64,000 nt of DNA. Origin: an uncultured Verrucomicrobiae bacterium. Lineage in GTDB: Bacteria; Verrucomicrobiota; Verrucomicrobiia; Chthoniobacterales; UBA10450. Positions within the stretch are counted from its first letter, which is position 1; the number at the start of each line of letters is the position of its first letter. The notes under the pieces were generated by a model, which did not search any database, was not told the DNA's origin, and saw only the letters and a list, made by a program, of their open reading frames with translations. Of this stretch, positions 61,554 to 64,000 are shown one piece after another. Where the stretch lies: NCBI GenBank assembly GCA_963815455.1, contig CAWFGO010000001.1, forward strand, positions 1,671,602 to 1,735,601, read 5' to 3'. A program made the position numbers and the translations under genes.

Positions 61554-62883
61554 CGCATGCCTAACGCGGAATCGAAGAAACGCTTCCGCGCCAGTGCCGC
61601 CGCGTCGATTTGCCAGGGCGAGCCAACCGCCGTGGGCTTCCGCGATTTGGCGGCTGAGTGCCAAACCGATTCCGGAGCCTTCCGGTTTCGTCGTGAAAAA
61701 TGGCACGAAAAGATTGGCCGGGTTCATGATGCCGTGGCCTTCATCAATGATGAAGACTTCGACGCAGTCCCTGGTCTCGTGGCAGCCCACGGTGACTCCG
61801 CCGCCGGTTTCGAGCGCAGCGTCGACCGCGTTATGCAGAAGATTGATCAACACTTGCTCGATCTGCGCCGCATCGGCCCTGAATTTTCTTTTTCGGTCCG
61901 GGCAGAAGTCTAAACAGCAGTCGCGGCTCCAGATGATGACGCGCCGGACAAGGACATCGAGGTCAAGCTCTTCTTTCTGCGGCGGGGGCAGCGGGCCAGC
62001 TTCGTATACGCTTGCATGAAACGGCTCAACGCGTCCGCTCTCGCGTCGATTGATTTGAGCCCGCTCTGCGCGTCTTCCCTCCAATCGGATGGCGGAGGAT
62101 CGCGAGTCAAGAGGGCTTCCAAACTGCCCGCGATCGATTTGATCGGCGCAAACGAATTGTTCATTCGTGTCCGAGCACGCGAACGATGCTTTGCCATGCG
62201 CTGCGTTCCTCTTCCCGCAAAGTGCGACTCAGATCGGTCAGCACAAGCAGTTCGTGCGGCAAGCCGTATTCGCGAAAGGCGCTGCTGACCCCCCACCGGC
62301 CGGACCGCCGGGAAAATCAGCGTGAGCGGCGCGTCCTCGTCCGAATCCAGACAGGCCGCAAGTCCCAGTCGTCGGCAGTGCGACCGAGCAATTTATCGAT
62401 TGGCTCCCAAGCAAATGTTCGCCCGCCCGGTTCACCAGGCGCAAACACCGGTCCGGGTCGAACGTAAAAACAGCGACCTCGATCTCCGCCATGATGGTGC
62501 GAACAGCGCGGTCGCCTCGAACGCCCCAACCGTTGCACCCGGAGCGTTTCGCCTAGCAAATTGACTCCAGGAACGCCTCTCCAAGCGCATCGTCTTCCCG
62601 GGCGCCACGCGCGCGGATCGAATAATCCCTTCGCGCAATGCCGCCAGAAGATTCGTCATTGTTTGCAGCGGACGGATGAGATGCTCGCGTGCGCTGGAGA
62701 TAAATCCGGCAAGGCAGCCGACAATGACGAGGGTCAGCGTCCATTGCACCTTGGCGCTGTAATCCCCGGACCAAAGAATGATCAAGGCACGATCACAATG
62801 GCCGGCGCGGCGGCGGCAAGCACCAGCAGGGTCAAACGATTCTCGTGCGACAAGCGATGTTGGTGTTTCGACGAACGGTTCAT
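61497..62883 (-). CDS. PAS/HAMP sensor histidine kinase (many frameshifts)
   Basis: NNSFAPIKSIAGSL, QVLINLLHNA, DEGHG, FVPFFTTK, GSGIGLALSRQI. Confidence 0.88.
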
Positions 62884-62894
62884 CGAAACGGGGG

Positions 62895-62929
62895 GCAATT
62901 CGCAATCCGCAATCCGCAATCCAAAATTC
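62895..62929. repeat. Heptamer tandem repeat (GCAATCC)n
   Basis: GCAATTC GCAATCC GCAATCC GCAATCC AAAATTC in the regulator-kinase spacer. Confidence 0.8.
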
Positions 62930-64000
62930 TTACAATCCATAATGCTGAAGTCGCCGATAAAACGCGCTCCTGCTCAAGCCCAGCGCTTCCGCTGCTTTGC
63001 GGGCGTTCCCATCATTTCTCGCCAGCGCTTTCTTGATGAGAAAAGCTTCCACATCTTCCAGGCTCATGTCCTCTAGGCTTCGCGTATCGCCCCGGCCGGC
63101 CGTCAGACCCAGATCGGCCGCCTTGATCTGCGGACCGCGCGTCATCAGGACCGCGCGTTCGATCACGTGATCCAGTTCCCGAACATTGCCGGGGAACAAA
63201 TAAAATTAAGCCGTTCGCGGGCGGTTTCGTCGAACCCGGTAATCTGCTTGCGATACCGTTGAATGTGCTGGCGCAAAAAATGATTCGCCAGCAGCATGAT
63301 GTCTTCCCGCCGGTCGCGCAGCGGAGGCAACGGGACTTCGATCGTGTTCAGCCGGAAAAGCAAATCCTGACGAAAACGACCGGCCGCAACTTCCTCCTTC
63401 AGGCTCGAATTCATAGCGGAAATGATCCGGACGTTTGCCTGCAAGGTTTTTGAAGAGCCCACCCGCTCGAATTCGCCGGTCTCGATCACGCGCAACAGTT
63501 TTGCCTGCTGACTGAGCGGAATATTTGCGATTTCGTCCATGAACAGCGTGCTTTCGTCCGCGAGTTCGAACCGGCCGGCGCGGTCGCTTTTGGCATCCGT
63601 GAATGCTCCTTTCACGTGCCCAAACAGTTCGCTCTCGAAAAGCGTCTGGGAAAGGCCAGACCATGTTTACGGTGATCATCGATTTGGCGGCGCGGGGCGA
63701 AAGCGAATGCAGCGCCTGGGCTACCAGCCCTTTTCCGGTCCCGTTCTCGCCGGTGATCAGCACGTTCGCGTCGGATGGCGCAACTTGTGAGATCATTCCG
63801 ATCACCGGCCGCATGGCCGGCGATTCGGCAATTAGATTTGGCGCGCTCCCGCGAAGAAGTTCGTTCTCGGCTTCCAGTTTGCGGCCGCGGCGGAGCGCCC
63901 CCGCCAGTTCGACTTGCGTCCGCACAATCGCGAGCAACCTCTCGTTGTCCCACGGCTTCGGCACGAAGTCGCGGGCGCCCCGCTTCATCGCTTCCACCGC
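62930..64000 (-). CDS. Sigma54-dependent NtrC-family response regulator (5'-partial, frameshifted)
   Basis: Receiver end [36 protein letters not shown], Fis-type HTH. Confidence 0.93.

Noticed and set aside
56193..64000. Mass pseudogenisation or programmed frameshifting
   Set aside because: Single-base indels occur across unrelated genes, including folP, and become denser toward the window end. Long-read consensus error is the simplest explanation, so these genes were not called pseudogenes.

Overview
GC-rich bacterial contig, most likely Verrucomicrobiota (Chthoniobacterales-like; inferred from gene content and repeat style, not from a marker gene). Many ORFs are split by single-base frameshifts, densest in the last ~8 kb, which looks like uncorrected long-read error. 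From left to right: (1) the 3' end of an RHS polymorphic toxin with a Cys-rich tip and a probable immunity gene; (2) housekeeping genes (rhomboid-fold protein, lipid kinase, AsmA-like, rsmD, waaA); (3) tRNA-Glu carrying two tandem integrated elements, a 9.3-kb integrase island and a 1.4-kb integrase-deleted derivative that carries only an AbiE-like toxin-antitoxin pair; (4) a ~12.5-kb cluster that reads as a sphingolipid (ceramide) synthesis and head-group pathway (Spt, CerS-like GNAT, hydroxylase, glycosyltransferases, two CDP-alcohol phosphotransferases, cytidylyltransferase, SDR, flippase); (5) folP-dacA, rnr and neighbours; (6) a complete integron (intI, attI, 11 cassettes, homogeneous ~123-bp attC sites) in which three attC sites are each split by a different IS110-family element; (7) a sigma54-driven ADOP/MacAB-type ABC operon with its two-component system. 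The strongest signal is in the integron. Each IS110 element has a structured non-coding region whose internal loops contain short sequences matching the exact attC variant it occupies. These look like bridge/seek RNAs programmed against attC, and the guides of two elements co-vary with their targets. All family assignments come from motif recognition by eye; no database searches were run.
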